From Chloroflexota bacterium (GTDB lineage: Bacteria; Chloroflexota; Limnocylindria; QHBO01): 33,357 bases of DNA. Below are positions 1-9,358 of the stretch, piece after piece. Made by a program: the position numbers and the translations under genes. Location: the NCBI GenBank assembly GCA_031370085.1, contig JANMPX010000206.1, forward strand, positions 1-33,357, read 5' to 3'. How positions within the stretch are numbered: position 1 is the stretch's first letter; every line of letters starts with the position of its first letter. The notes beneath the pieces are model-generated. The model saw only the letters and a list, made by a program, of their open reading frames with translations, was not told the DNA's origin and searched no databases.

Positions 1-25
1 GCCGGGGCGAGAGGGCTAGCCGGGC

Positions 26-31
26 TATACT
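26..31 (+). promoter_or_regulatory. -10 element (TATACT) upstream of dxs
   Basis: GGCTATACT lies 10 nt before the GTG at 42. The same TANNNT motif recurs before many starts in the window. Confidence 0.6.
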
Positions 32-41
32 TTCGCCCGCC

Positions 42-2012
42 GTGACGATCCTCGATACCCTGACCGATCCGGCGCAGCTGCGGGGCATGGCACCAGAGGA
101 CCTGGCAAGCCTGGCCACCGAGCTGCGCGAGAAAATGATCCGGACCGTGCAGCGCACCGGCGGGCACCTCGCCAGCTCGCTGGGAGCGGTTGAGATCACC
201 CTTGCCCTGCACCGGGTGATGGACGCGCCGCGCGACCGCATCGTGTGGGACACCGGTCACCAGGCGTACGCCCACAAGATGCTCACCGGGCGCCTGGAGC
301 GCTTCAACACCCTGCGCCAGCTCGATGGCGTGGGCGGCTTCCCGCGGCGCTCCGAGAGCGAGCACGACGTCTTCGATGGTGGCCATGCCGGCACCGGTGT
401 CAGCATCGCCGTCGGGCTGGCAGCCGCGCGGGACCTGCTGCCGATCGGCCACCCGGGACGGCAGCAGCGGATCGCGGTCTGCGTCGGCGATGCGGCGATC
501 CAGAGCGGCCTCACCCTGGAGGCGCTCAACCACCTGGGTGACATGCGCAAGCGGCTCCTGATCGTGCTCAATGACAACGAGATGAGCATCAGCCGCAGCG
601 TTGGCGGCCTTGCCACCAATCTCAACAAGCTGCGCCTCAGCCGCGCCTATCAGGAGACCAAATCCGCCACCGCGCGGCTCCTGCCTCGCGTGCCGCTGGT
701 CGGAGGGCAGCTGTATCGCGGCCTCGCCTTTGCCAAGGAGGGCTTCAAGCGCTCGTGGGCCAAGGTCGGCTTCTTCGAGGACATCGGCATCACCTACATC
801 GGTGTCCTCGACGGTCATGACGTGATGGAGATGGAAGAGGTCTTCGAGCGCGCCTTCGCCATTCATGGGCCGGTCCTGGTGCATGTCAAGACCACCAAGG
901 GCAAGGGATACGGGCCGGCCGAACTGGACAGCGTCAGCTTCCACGGGGCATCGCTGCCCCCGATCGACCTGTGCCTGATCGACCCGACCGAGGAGCCGCT
1001 GCCGCCGGTCAGCGAGCCCCGCCGCCGCCCGAAGACCTACACGGCCGCGTTCAGCGAGGAGCTGGTGCGGCTCGCCGCGACCGATGAGCGGATCTGCGCC
1101 ATCACGGCGGGCATGCCGACCGGCACCGGGCTGGCACGCTTCGCCAGCGAATTCCCGTCGCGGTTCTTCGACGTGGGGATCGCCGAGCAGCACGCGGTCA
1201 CCATGGCGGCAGGCCTGGCCCTCGCCGGGAAGCGCCCCGTGGTGGCGCTCTACTCGACCTTCAGCCAACGGGCCTTCGACTCGCTGGTGCACGACGTCTG
1301 CCAGAACGACCTGCCGGTGCTGCTGGCGATCGACCGCGCCGGCCTGGTCGGGGAGGATGGCACGAGCCACCAGGGAATGTTCACCCTGCCGGCGCAGCGC
1401 TCGCTGCCGAACCTGGTGATCGGCTCGCCAAAGGACGAGCAGGAGCTGCGCGACATGGTGCTCACGGCGCTGCTGCATGACGGCCCGGTCTCGCTGCACT
1501 ACCCACGTGACCCCGGCGAAGATCTCCTGGATCGGGAAGGATCGCGTCTCGAGATCGGTCGCGGGGAGCTGCTGCGCGAAGGGGCCGATCTGCTGCTCGT
1601 CGGCTTCGGTCCGATCGTCCAACGGCTCGTGGTCGTCGCGGACGCCCTGCTGCGTCAGCACGGCCTGCACGCCGGCGTGCTCAACGCGCGCTGGGCCAAG
1701 CCGCTCGACGAGGCCCTCATGGTCGCCAGCGCGGCCGGCTGCAAGCTGGTGGTCACCGCCGAGGAGAGCGCCGCCATGGGTGGCTTCGGTGACGGGGTTC
1801 TGGACGCGCTGAACCGTGCAGGGTGCAAGGTTCCCTTGCTCAAAGTGGCTCTGGCTGAAGGATTCGTGCACCACGGTGCGGTCGACGACCTGAGACGCCA
1901 GCAGCGGATCGATGCGCCGGGCATCCTGGCGCAGGTCCGCGAAGCCCTTGGCCTGACAGAGGCGGAGATTGACGCCGCGGCGGAGCAGCCGTCGAGCGTC
2001 AGCGCCGCCTGA
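42..2012 (+). CDS. dxs: 1-deoxy-D-xylulose-5-phosphate synthase
   Basis: GGHLASSLGAVE, WDTGHQAYAHK, TPP-binding GDAA...LNDNEMSI, DVGIAEQHAVT, DRAGLVGEDGTSHQG; 656 aa. Confidence 0.97.
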   Translation: MTILDTLTDPAQLRGMAPEDLASLATELREKMIRTVQRTGGHLASSLGAVEITLALHRVMDAPRDRIVWDTGHQAYAHKMLTGRLERFNTLRQLDGVGGFPRRSESEHDVFDGGHAGTGVSIAVGLAAARDLLPIGHPGRQQRIAVCVGDAAIQSGLTLEALNHLGDMRKRLLIVLNDNEMSISRSVGGLATNLNKLRLSRAYQETKSATARLLPRVPLVGGQLYRGLAFAKEGFKRSWAKVGFFEDIGITYIGVLDGHDVMEMEEVFERAFAIHGPVLVHVKTTKGKGYGPAELDSVSFHGASLPPIDLCLIDPTEEPLPPVSEPRRRPKTYTAAFSEELVRLAATDERICAITAGMPTGTGLARFASEFPSRFFDVGIAEQHAVTMAAGLALAGKRPVVALYSTFSQRAFDSLVHDVCQNDLPVLLAIDRAGLVGEDGTSHQGMFTLPAQRSLPNLVIGSPKDEQELRDMVLTALLHDGPVSLHYPRDPGEDLLDREGSRLEIGRGELLREGADLLLVGFGPIVQRLVVVADALLRQHGLHAGVLNARWAKPLDEALMVASAAGCKLVVTAEESAAMGGFGDGVLDALNRAGCKVPLLKVALAEGFVHHGAVDDLRRQQRIDAPGILAQVREALGLTEAEIDAAAEQPSSVSAA

Positions 2013-2018
2013 CCCTGC

Positions 2019-2807
2019 GTGGCGCGCCAGCGACTGGACCAGCTGCTCGTCGATCGGGGACTGGCACGCTCCCGGTCCGAGGCGGTCGCCCTGCTGCTCG
2101 CCGGGGCCGTTGACATGGCGGGGGCGGGGAGCGGAACGCTCAAGCCCGGTCAGCTGGTGGCAGCCGGTGTCGAGCTCACCCTCCGGCCGGGACCGCGCTG
2201 GGCCTCGCGGGCTGCCGCCAAGCTCGAGGCTGCGTTGGACGCGTTCGCGGTGGACCCCGCAGGACTCGCCTGCCTGGACGCGGGCGCCTCGACCGGAGGC
2301 TTCACCGATCTGCTCCTCGAACGCGGCGCCCGGATCGTCTACGCCGTCGACGTGGGACGCGGCCAGCTCCTCGATCGGCTGCTCCGCGACCCGCGCGTCA
2401 TCAGCATGGAGCGCACCAACCTGCGGGAGCTGCAGGCGCTTCCCGAGCTGGTCGACCTCGCCACGCTCGACCTTTCGTTCATCTCCCTGCGCTTGGTGCT
2501 GCCCGCCGTTCGCCGCCTGCTCACCGATCGGGGGCGCGTGATCGCACTGGTCAAGCCGCAGTTCGAAGCGGGGCGCGACGGGGTCCCGCGTGGCGGCGTG
2601 GTGCGCGATCCGGAGGTGCATCGGCAGGTCCTCCTGCAGTTCGGCTCCGATGCAGCGGACGCGGGCTTTGCCCCGCTGGCGCTCATCCGTTCGCCGATCA
2701 GCGGGGCAGACGGGAACGTGGAATTCCTCGCGCTGCTCGCGCCGAACGCGGAGGCCGAGGTTCGCTGGAGCGACGTCGTCGCACGCCTGATGGCCTCACT
2801 GGCCTGA
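2019..2807 (+). CDS. tlyA: TlyA-family rRNA 2'-O-methyltransferase (S4 + FtsJ-like domains)
   Basis: N-terminal RLDQLLVDRGLARSR (S4), LDAGASTGGFTD, VKPQFE, GADGNVEF; canonical dxs-tlyA-nadK-recN order. Confidence 0.95.
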   Translation: MARQRLDQLLVDRGLARSRSEAVALLLAGAVDMAGAGSGTLKPGQLVAAGVELTLRPGPRWASRAAAKLEAALDAFAVDPAGLACLDAGASTGGFTDLLLERGARIVYAVDVGRGQLLDRLLRDPRVISMERTNLRELQALPELVDLATLDLSFISLRLVLPAVRRLLTDRGRVIALVKPQFEAGRDGVPRGGVVRDPEVHRQVLLQFGSDAADAGFAPLALIRSPISGADGNVEFLALLAPNAEAEVRWSDVVARLMASLA

Positions 2808-2829
2808 GCGGCGTACTACGATGCGGACG

Positions 2830-3150
2830 ATGAAGCGCAAGGGCCCCACCACCGGGGAGCAGTTGAGCGCCTTCGAGGAGCTGGTGACCTCGGCGCCGCC
2901 GCTGCCCGAGCTGGCCCCCGACACGATGCGCCAGATCGTGTCGCTGCGCATGCCCGACGCTCTGCTCGCACGGGTCGAGGAGGTTGCGCGCGCTCGGGCC
3001 GTGTCGCCATCGGGGCTGATGCGGGCGCTGATCGCGGCCGGGCTGGACAGGTCCTATGCGGCGGTGACGCCCGACGAGCTGGCCGCCGAGCTGGCTTCGC
3101 TGCGGCGGTCGATCGAGGAGGTCGCGGCGCGGCTTCGGAACGGGGACTAG
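2830..3150 (+). CDS. Ribbon-helix-helix (CopG/BrnA-like) DNA-binding protein
   Basis: IVSLRMPDALLARVEEVARARAVSPSGLMRALIAAGL is a beta-alpha-alpha RHH pattern followed by a C-terminal coiled coil. Start 2830 chosen because TACGAT (2817-2822) lies 7 nt upstream; 2821 is the alternative. Confidence 0.75.
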   Translation: MKRKGPTTGEQLSAFEELVTSAPPLPELAPDTMRQIVSLRMPDALLARVEEVARARAVSPSGLMRALIAAGLDRSYAAVTPDELAAELASLRRSIEEVAARLRNGD

Positions 3151-3984
3151 ATGCGCCTCGGCTTCGCCTACAACCCGACCAACGAGGACGCGCGCGATGT
3201 CCTCCGTCGGGCCCTTGCCTGGTGCACGGAGCACGATGTCGAAGCGTGGCAGTCGGCTGCCGATGACCAGGCCCAGATCGTCGCGGGCTGCCCCGGCAGC
3301 GACATGGTCTGCGTGCTCGGAGGCGACGGCACTTTCCTGCGCACCGCGAGGGCAATCGGCGACTCGGGGGTGCCGACCCTGGGCGTGAACCTGGGTCGCA
3401 TCGGCTTCCTGGCCAAGGTCGAGATGGGGGACCTGGAGGGCGCCCTCGACCAGGTGGCAGCGGGCGATTATGAATTGGAGGAGCGATTTCGGATCGCTGC
3501 CACGCTGGTCCGCGCCAACGGGGAGCGCGAAGAGCACGCCTGCCTGAATGACGTGGTCGTGGCCCGCGGCGGCCGCGTCCGGCTCATCCAGGTGGCCGTG
3601 GAGATCAGCGACAGCCACCTGGCCACCTATGCCGCCGACGCGGTGGTGATTGCCACCCCGACCGGATCGACTGCGTACTCGTTCAGTGCCGGGGGGTCCA
3701 TCCTCGATCCGCAGTTGCGCAACATGATCGTGACCCCGGTGGCTGCCTACCTCTCGCCGATCCACAGCGTGGTGGTCGGCGAGCAGCACGTGGTCCGGCT
3801 CAGCCTCCGGCTGGCCGCGTCGCCCGCGGTGATCAGCCTGGACGGGCAATGGGAGATCCCGATGCAGGTCGGAGAGACTCTCGAAGTGCGCGCCCTGTCG
3901 GTTCCGCTGCGCATGGTCCAGCCCACCGGGAGCACACCGTTCTACGATCTGCTGCGCACCAAAGCCTCGCTCCTCCCGTACTGA
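3151..3984 (+). CDS. nadK: NAD(+) kinase
   Basis: LGGDGTFL, GVNLGRIGFL, LND, ATPTGSTAYSFSAGG motifs. Confidence 0.96.
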   Translation: MRLGFAYNPTNEDARDVLRRALAWCTEHDVEAWQSAADDQAQIVAGCPGSDMVCVLGGDGTFLRTARAIGDSGVPTLGVNLGRIGFLAKVEMGDLEGALDQVAAGDYELEERFRIAATLVRANGEREEHACLNDVVVARGGRVRLIQVAVEISDSHLATYAADAVVIATPTGSTAYSFSAGGSILDPQLRNMIVTPVAAYLSPIHSVVVGEQHVVRLSLRLAASPAVISLDGQWEIPMQVGETLEVRALSVPLRMVQPTGSTPFYDLLRTKASLLPY

Positions 3985-3987
3985 GAG

Positions 3988-5646
3988 ATGGGGCTCGTCG
4001 AACTGTCGGTTGAGAACCTGGCGGTCATCGAGCAGGTGCGCCTGCGCCTGGCCCCGGGATTCACCGTGCTCACCGGGGAGACCGGGGCAGGCAAGTCGCT
4101 GCTGGTCGATGCACTGGCGCTTGCCCTGGGTGCGCGAGCCGCAGCCGACCAGGTGCGCAGCGGAACGGAGGCGGCGCGAGTCGAGGCCGTCTTCGATGGC
4201 ATCGCGCCGGGGGCGGACGACCCGCTGGCGGACCTGCTGGCGGCCGGTGACGGCCAGGCGATCCTGCGACGGGAGGTGACTGCCGATGGCAGGTCGCTGG
4301 CGCGGGTTAACGAGCGGACGGTCACCGTCGGCAGCCTGGCTGAGCTGGGGACACGATTGGCGGAGATCCATGGGCAGCACGATCAACAGCGGCTCCTGGT
4401 GCCGGAGCGCCAGCTGGCCCTGCTCGATCGCTTCGGAGCACACCAGGCCGCGCTGACCGCGGTTGCGACCGATTTCCATGCCTGGCGGACGACGCGCGCC
4501 GAGGCCAGCGAGCTGCTGACCGACGCCCGCGAGCTCGCGCGCCGGGTAGAGCTGCTCAATCACCAGGTCGCGGAGCTCGACCAGGCGGCCCTAAGCCCCG
4601 GCGAGGACGAGGAGCTCGAGGCACGGCTGCGCAGCGCGACCAACGCCGCGGAGATTGCCCGAGCGGCCGATGCCGCGTCCCGGGCGCTCGTCGACGAGGG
4701 AGGCGGCCTCGATGCGCTCCGCATCGCCAGGTCGGAGCTGGCCGGGGCGGCCCACCACGATGAGCGCTTTGCCGAGCTGCGGGAGCGGGCAGAGTCGCTC
4801 GAGGCGGAGGCAACCGAGCTTGCCCGCGACGCTGCGACACTTGGCGAGCGGGTGGAGCTCGATCCGCGTGCCCGCGCCGAGGTCGAGGATCGGCTGGCGC
4901 TTGTCTACGACCTGAAGCGCAAGTACGGGGAGACGATCGAGGCGGTGGTCGCGTTCGCGGCCGCTGCACATGCCGAGCTCGAACGTCTCGAGGACCAGGA
5001 GGGCCTGTGCGAGCGGCTGCGGCGCGAGCAGGAGCAACGCCGGGAAGCGCTCGAGGGATCGGCGTCCGAGCTCGGCGCCTCCCGCCGTAGGGTCGCTGCC
5101 CTGCTGGCGGAACGGGTAAATCTCGAGCTCCCGCCGCTGGGGCTCCCCGGAGGCGCCTTCGGGGTTGCCGTCAGCGCCATCGAGATCGGCGCCAGCGGCG
5201 GCGACCGTGTCGAGTTCACCTTCGCCCCGAACCCCGGCGAACCACCCCGACCGCTGGGCCGGATCGCGTCCGGGGGAGAGGCCAGCCGGCTGTCGCTGGC
5301 ACTCAAGGTGGTGCTCGCCGAAGCGGACGAGACGCCGGTCCTGATCTTCGACGAGGTGGACGCCGGGGTGGGAGGCCGCAATGGCGCTGCGCTCGGTGAG
5401 CGGCTCAAGAGTCTCGCGCGCTTTCACCAGGTGCTGTGCGTCACCCATCTGGCCCAGATCGCGGCCTACGCCGATGCCCATCTGCACGTTGGCAAGCGGG
5501 TGGTCGACGGCCGGACGATGGCCGATGCCTCCCTGCTCGATGCAGAGGGGCGCCGAGCCGAGCTTGCGGCGATGCTGGCCGGCGAGGGAGCCGGCAGCGA
5601 GGCCCAGGCAGCGGCGGAGGCGCTGCTGCGCGCCGCGGCACGATGA
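3988..5646 (+). CDS. recN: DNA repair protein RecN
   Basis: Walker A LTGETGAGKS, EIHGQHDQQ, coiled coil, ASGGEASR signature, Walker B IFDEVDAGVGG, CVTHLAQIA. Confidence 0.96.
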   Translation: MGLVELSVENLAVIEQVRLRLAPGFTVLTGETGAGKSLLVDALALALGARAAADQVRSGTEAARVEAVFDGIAPGADDPLADLLAAGDGQAILRREVTADGRSLARVNERTVTVGSLAELGTRLAEIHGQHDQQRLLVPERQLALLDRFGAHQAALTAVATDFHAWRTTRAEASELLTDARELARRVELLNHQVAELDQAALSPGEDEELEARLRSATNAAEIARAADAASRALVDEGGGLDALRIARSELAGAAHHDERFAELRERAESLEAEATELARDAATLGERVELDPRARAEVEDRLALVYDLKRKYGETIEAVVAFAAAAHAELERLEDQEGLCERLRREQEQRREALEGSASELGASRRRVAALLAERVNLELPPLGLPGGAFGVAVSAIEIGASGGDRVEFTFAPNPGEPPRPLGRIASGGEASRLSLALKVVLAEADETPVLIFDEVDAGVGGRNGAALGERLKSLARFHQVLCVTHLAQIAAYADAHLHVGKRVVDGRTMADASLLDAEGRRAELAAMLAGEGAGSEAQAAAEALLRAAAR

Positions 5647-6539
5647 GTCCACCGGCCGATCCTGCCCTGCTCGATGCGATCGAGGGATTCCTGGGCGAGA
5701 TGCGGGTCGAGCGGGGTCTGTCGCCGCTGACGGTGGCGGCGTACCGTCGCGACCTCGCCCAGTTTGCGGTGGGTGCGGGGCGAGCCTGGCGCAGTGACCC
5801 CGAACCGGTTCGGGATTTCGTCAACGGCCTGAGGCGGGCCGGCCGCCGACCAAGCACCCAGGCGCGCAAGGTGGCGGCCATCCGCAGCTTCTATGGCTTT
5901 GCCCTGCGAGAGGGGCTGGCACAACGCGATGTGGCTGCGCTGGTCGACGCGCCGCGCCCCGGGAGCTACCTGCCCGACGTGCTGGCCGCCGACGAAGTGG
6001 CGCGCATCCTCGACGCGCCACCGCCGGATCAGCCGGTCGGGATCCGGGATCGGGCCATCCTGGAGCTGCTGTACGCCTGCGGACTGCGGGTGAGCGAGCT
6101 CACCGGCCTCGATACCGATCGGCTGGATCTGCCGGGGCTGCAGGTGCGCGTGATCGGCAAGGGGAATCGCGAGCGACGTGTGCCGATGGGCGAGGAGGCG
6201 CGCGAGCGGCTCCATCGGTACCTGTCGGGGCCACGGGCGACATGGACCGCCGGGAAGCCATCGGGGGCCGTGTTTGTCAGCCAGCGGGGGGCGCGGCTGG
6301 CGCGCGAATCGGTCTATTGGCTGGTTCGGCACTGGACGCAGGTGGCCGGCATCAGTGCCAGGGTGACGCCGCATACCTTCCGGCACAGTTTCGCGACGCA
6401 TCTGCTTGAGGGCGGAGCCGACCTGCGGGTGGTCCAGACGCTGCTCGGCCATGCTAGCATCAGCACGACCCAGCTCTACACCCACCTGACCGGAGAGCGT
6501 CTCCGCGAGGTCTACACGCGGGCGCATCCACGAGCCTGA
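5643..6539 (+). CDS. xerD: Tyrosine recombinase XerD
   Basis: ERGLSPLTVAAYRRDL, LYACGLRVSEL, GKGNRER, HTFRHSFATHLL, LLGHASISTTQLYT (R-K-H-R-H-Y intact). ATG 5643 overlaps the recN stop (ATGA). Confidence 0.92.
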   Translation: MSPPADPALLDAIEGFLGEMRVERGLSPLTVAAYRRDLAQFAVGAGRAWRSDPEPVRDFVNGLRRAGRRPSTQARKVAAIRSFYGFALREGLAQRDVAALVDAPRPGSYLPDVLAADEVARILDAPPPDQPVGIRDRAILELLYACGLRVSELTGLDTDRLDLPGLQVRVIGKGNRERRVPMGEEARERLHRYLSGPRATWTAGKPSGAVFVSQRGARLARESVYWLVRHWTQVAGISARVTPHTFRHSFATHLLEGGADLRVVQTLLGHASISTTQLYTHLTGERLREVYTRAHPRA

Positions 6540-6558
6540 CCATCAGCGGAGCATTCCG

Positions 6559-7359
6559 ATGAGCTATGCGCGAAACCTCCTGAGCCGCGGCGAGGAGGTC
6601 GTCTTCGAGAGCCGCCAGCACTGGTTCGCGGTGCTCGGCGAGACCTGGCCCTTCGTGCTGGCAGCGATCCTGGCGTTCGCCGTGCTGATCTGGCAGACCA
6701 CCTCGGCGGCGACCAGCATCACCGGATTCCTCCAGGTCGTCTCGCTGCTGGTGCTGGTGCTTTCGCTGGCCCGGATCGGCCTCAAGGTATGGGCCTGGCG
6801 CAACCAGGAGTACTTCGTCACCACCCGTCGCCTGATCAAGGCCGAGGGGATCTTCAACAAGGAGATGGCCGATTCCGGCCTCGAGAAGGTCAACGACGCG
6901 CATCTGACCCAGAGCTGGCTCGGCCGGATCTTCGACTACGGAACGCTCGATATCCTGACTGCAGCGGACGAGTCGGCCGGGATCCAGGACTACATCATGC
7001 TGGCGGATCCGATCAAGTTCAAGATCGCGATGCTCAACCAGAAGGAGCGGCTGGAGCGTCCCGACCTGGCGCCCCCGCCGCGCATGCAGGGTTCGCCCGC
7101 CGTGCCGTCGATGCAGCGGGCTGAGCCGATGGCGCCGCGGGCCGGCTCGGATCGCGTCGCCGAAGTGCCATTGCACGACGCAGAGCCGCAGGCGCCGGTA
7201 GCCGCTCCGGCCCCCGTGCCGGCCGCCACGCCTCCGCCGCTGTCGCCGGGAGAGCAGCTGGCAGCCACCCTGGAGAGCCTGGCGGCGCTGCGCGACAAGG
7301 GGCTTATCACCCCCGAGGAGTACGAGAACAAGAAGCGCGATCTGCTGGAGCGCATGTAG
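6559..7359 (+). CDS. Membrane protein with bacterial PH (bPH_2) domain and C-terminal SHOCT domain
   Basis: Two N-terminal TM helices, YFVTTRRLI...QSWLGRIFDYGTLDI, Pro/Ala linker, LAALRDKGLITPEEYENKKRDLL. Confidence 0.85.
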   Translation: MSYARNLLSRGEEVVFESRQHWFAVLGETWPFVLAAILAFAVLIWQTTSAATSITGFLQVVSLLVLVLSLARIGLKVWAWRNQEYFVTTRRLIKAEGIFNKEMADSGLEKVNDAHLTQSWLGRIFDYGTLDILTAADESAGIQDYIMLADPIKFKIAMLNQKERLERPDLAPPPRMQGSPAVPSMQRAEPMAPRAGSDRVAEVPLHDAEPQAPVAAPAPVPAATPPPLSPGEQLAATLESLAALRDKGLITPEEYENKKRDLLERM

Positions 7360-8244
7360 GTGGGGCTGCCCCGCCCCTCCCTCGCCGACGGGGTGTACGG
7401 GGCAGAGCTGGAGCGGAGGGTCGACGAGGCCGCGACCGCCATCCGCAACCGACTGGCTGCCGTCCCCGACCTGGCCAGCCCGCGACTGGCGTTCGTGCTG
7501 GGTTCCGGTTTGGGCAATATCGTCGAGCTGCTCGACCGCGATCCACGGATATGGATCCCGTATGCCGAGATTCCGCATGTGCCCGTGGCGGCCGTCGAGG
7601 GCCATGCGGGCGAGATCGTCGCGGGCCTGGCGAGCGGGATTCCGACGCTGGTTCTGTCGGGCCGCGCGCATCCCTACGAGGGCTGGTCGCACCGGGAAGT
7701 GACCATCCTGCTGCGGGCCTGTCTGAGCCTGGGGATCGGGACGCTGGTGGTCACCAACGCGGCCGGAGGCATCAACCCAGCCTTCGAGCCGGGCGACGTC
7801 ATGCTGATCAGCGACACCATCAACCTGTCGGGCGACAACCCGCTGCGTGGGCCCAATCTCGACCGTTTCGGGCCCCGGTTCGTGGCGCTGACCGACCCCT
7901 TCGACCGAACGCTGCTGGCTCAGGCTCGCGCAGCGGCCACCCAGGCCGGTGTCACCCTGCGTGAGGGGGTCTACCTGATGCTCTCCGGTCCGAGCTACGA
8001 GACTCGTGCCGAGCTGCGCATGCTGCGCACCCTCGGAGCCGATGCCGTCGGCTTGTCGACGGTGCCCGAAGTAATGGTCGCTCGCCATCAGGGCGTACGG
8101 GTGCTGGGCTTCAGCCTGATCACCAACAAGGCGACTCCGGAGATGCAGGGCGAGGTGACGCACGAGGAGGTGCTGGCGATGGGGCCGATCGGCGCCGGAC
8201 GTCTCCTGGCTCTCCTGCGAGAGCTGCTGCCGGAGCTGGGCTGA
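7360..8244 (+). CDS. punA: Purine nucleoside phosphorylase (trimeric PNP/XapA family)
   Basis: VLGSGLG, GHAG, GRAHPYEG, VTNAAGGIN, GPSYETRAE, GADAVGLSTVPE, ITNKA, HEEVL. Confidence 0.92.
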   Translation: MGLPRPSLADGVYGAELERRVDEAATAIRNRLAAVPDLASPRLAFVLGSGLGNIVELLDRDPRIWIPYAEIPHVPVAAVEGHAGEIVAGLASGIPTLVLSGRAHPYEGWSHREVTILLRACLSLGIGTLVVTNAAGGINPAFEPGDVMLISDTINLSGDNPLRGPNLDRFGPRFVALTDPFDRTLLAQARAAATQAGVTLREGVYLMLSGPSYETRAELRMLRTLGADAVGLSTVPEVMVARHQGVRVLGFSLITNKATPEMQGEVTHEEVLAMGPIGAGRLLALLRELLPELG

Positions 8245-8876
8245 TGCTCTTCGGCAACACGTCGCCACCGGTGCTGGTCGGAGTAGCGATCGCGCTTATC
8301 GTGGGGATCACCTTCCACGAGTTCAGCCACGCCTTCAGCGCCGATCGGCTGGGCGATCACCGGCCGCGGGCCCTCGGGCGCGTCAGCCTCAATCCGCTGC
8401 GGCACCTCGACCCGATCGGCTCGATCTTCCTCCTGATCGCTGGATTCGGGTGGGGCAAGCCCGTCCCGGTCAACGCCTATGCGTTGCGACCCGGCCGCAT
8501 CGGCATGACCGTGGTCGCGCTTGCCGGACCGATCGCCAACTTCGCGGTGGCGGTCGTCGCTGCCCTTCTCTTTCGGGGGTTGGACGTGGCCGGCCTGCTC
8601 GGCAGCGACTTCGGTCGCTCGGTCGGCTTCTTCGTCGTCTATTTCAATCTCGCGCTCGGGTTCTTCAACCTCCTCCCGGTTCCGCCCCTTGACGGCTACA
8701 ACGTGCTATTGCCGCTCCTTCCGCCGCGGCAGGCGTTCACCGTGCAGCGCTACGCTCAGTACGGGTACCTGCTGTTGCTGGGGTTGGTAGTGCTGTCGTA
8801 CGGGAGCTCCGGTGGACCCCTCGACTGGCTCTTCGGCCTCGTCGGCGGGCTCGCAGCGGGGATGACCGGTGCATAG
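8244..8876 (+). CDS. Site-2 protease family (peptidase M50) membrane metalloprotease
   Basis: HEFSH zinc motif, NPLRHLDP, GWGKPVPVN, NLLPVPPLDG. Confidence 0.93.
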   Translation: MLFGNTSPPVLVGVAIALIVGITFHEFSHAFSADRLGDHRPRALGRVSLNPLRHLDPIGSIFLLIAGFGWGKPVPVNAYALRPGRIGMTVVALAGPIANFAVAVVAALLFRGLDVAGLLGSDFGRSVGFFVVYFNLALGFFNLLPVPPLDGYNVLLPLLPPRQAFTVQRYAQYGYLLLLGLVVLSYGSSGGPLDWLFGLVGGLAAGMTGA

Positions 8877-9354
8877 GATCAGGCAGTTCTTCGGACATCT
8901 CAGCGCGCGGGTCAGCCCGCTTGAGGCTGAGCTCGCGCGACGCATGCTGCCCGCCGGTGCACGGTCCCTCTTCGAGGCGATGCCGGTGGCGGACCGGCGT
9001 CACGCCCTCGACGTCGTGCAGCGCGTGCTGGCCAGCGGACACCAGGAGGAGGACCTGCTCGTCGCCGCGCTTCTGCACGATGCCGCCAAGGGGCATCACC
9101 TGCGCCTGTGGCATCGGGTTGCCGGGGTTCTGCTCAGCGCCGCGGCACCACGCCTGCTGGACCGCCTCGGGTCGGTCGACGAGAACTCGTGGCGCTACCC
9201 GTTCCACCTCTTTCGGCACCATGCCGAGATCTCCGCCCGCTTCGCGCTGTCCGCTGGCTGCTCCCCGCGCGCCGCCGCCCTCATTCGGGGAGAGGTGAGT
9301 GGCAAGGATCGAGCGCTTGCGGCAGCACTGCTCAGTGCCGACGAGGCAAGCTGA
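8869..9354 (+). CDS. HD-domain phosphohydrolase-like protein
   Basis: DRRHALDV...ALLHDAAKG...HHAE...ADE metal-binding pattern; overlaps the upstream gene. Confidence 0.8.
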   Translation: MHRIRQFFGHLSARVSPLEAELARRMLPAGARSLFEAMPVADRRHALDVVQRVLASGHQEEDLLVAALLHDAAKGHHLRLWHRVAGVLLSAAAPRLLDRLGSVDENSWRYPFHLFRHHAEISARFALSAGCSPRAAALIRGEVSGKDRALAAALLSADEAS

Positions 9355-9358
9355 GCCG

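Noticed and set aside
2019-2807. tlyA as a haemolysin or virulence gene
   Set aside because: Standard rRNA methyltransferase in its conserved dxs-nadK-recN context.
2698-4563. Long antisense ORFs (also 6460-8268, 15264-16805, 16974-18374, 19634-21259 and others)
   Set aside because: Shadow frames opposite well-supported genes. These are expected in high-GC DNA and show no recognisable motifs.
5436-6539. Tyrosine recombinase as the integrase of a mobile element, and its longer 5436 start
   Set aside because: Typical XerD sequence in a housekeeping recN context with no att sites or cargo. The extension overlaps recN, and ATG 5643 gives an ATGA coupling.
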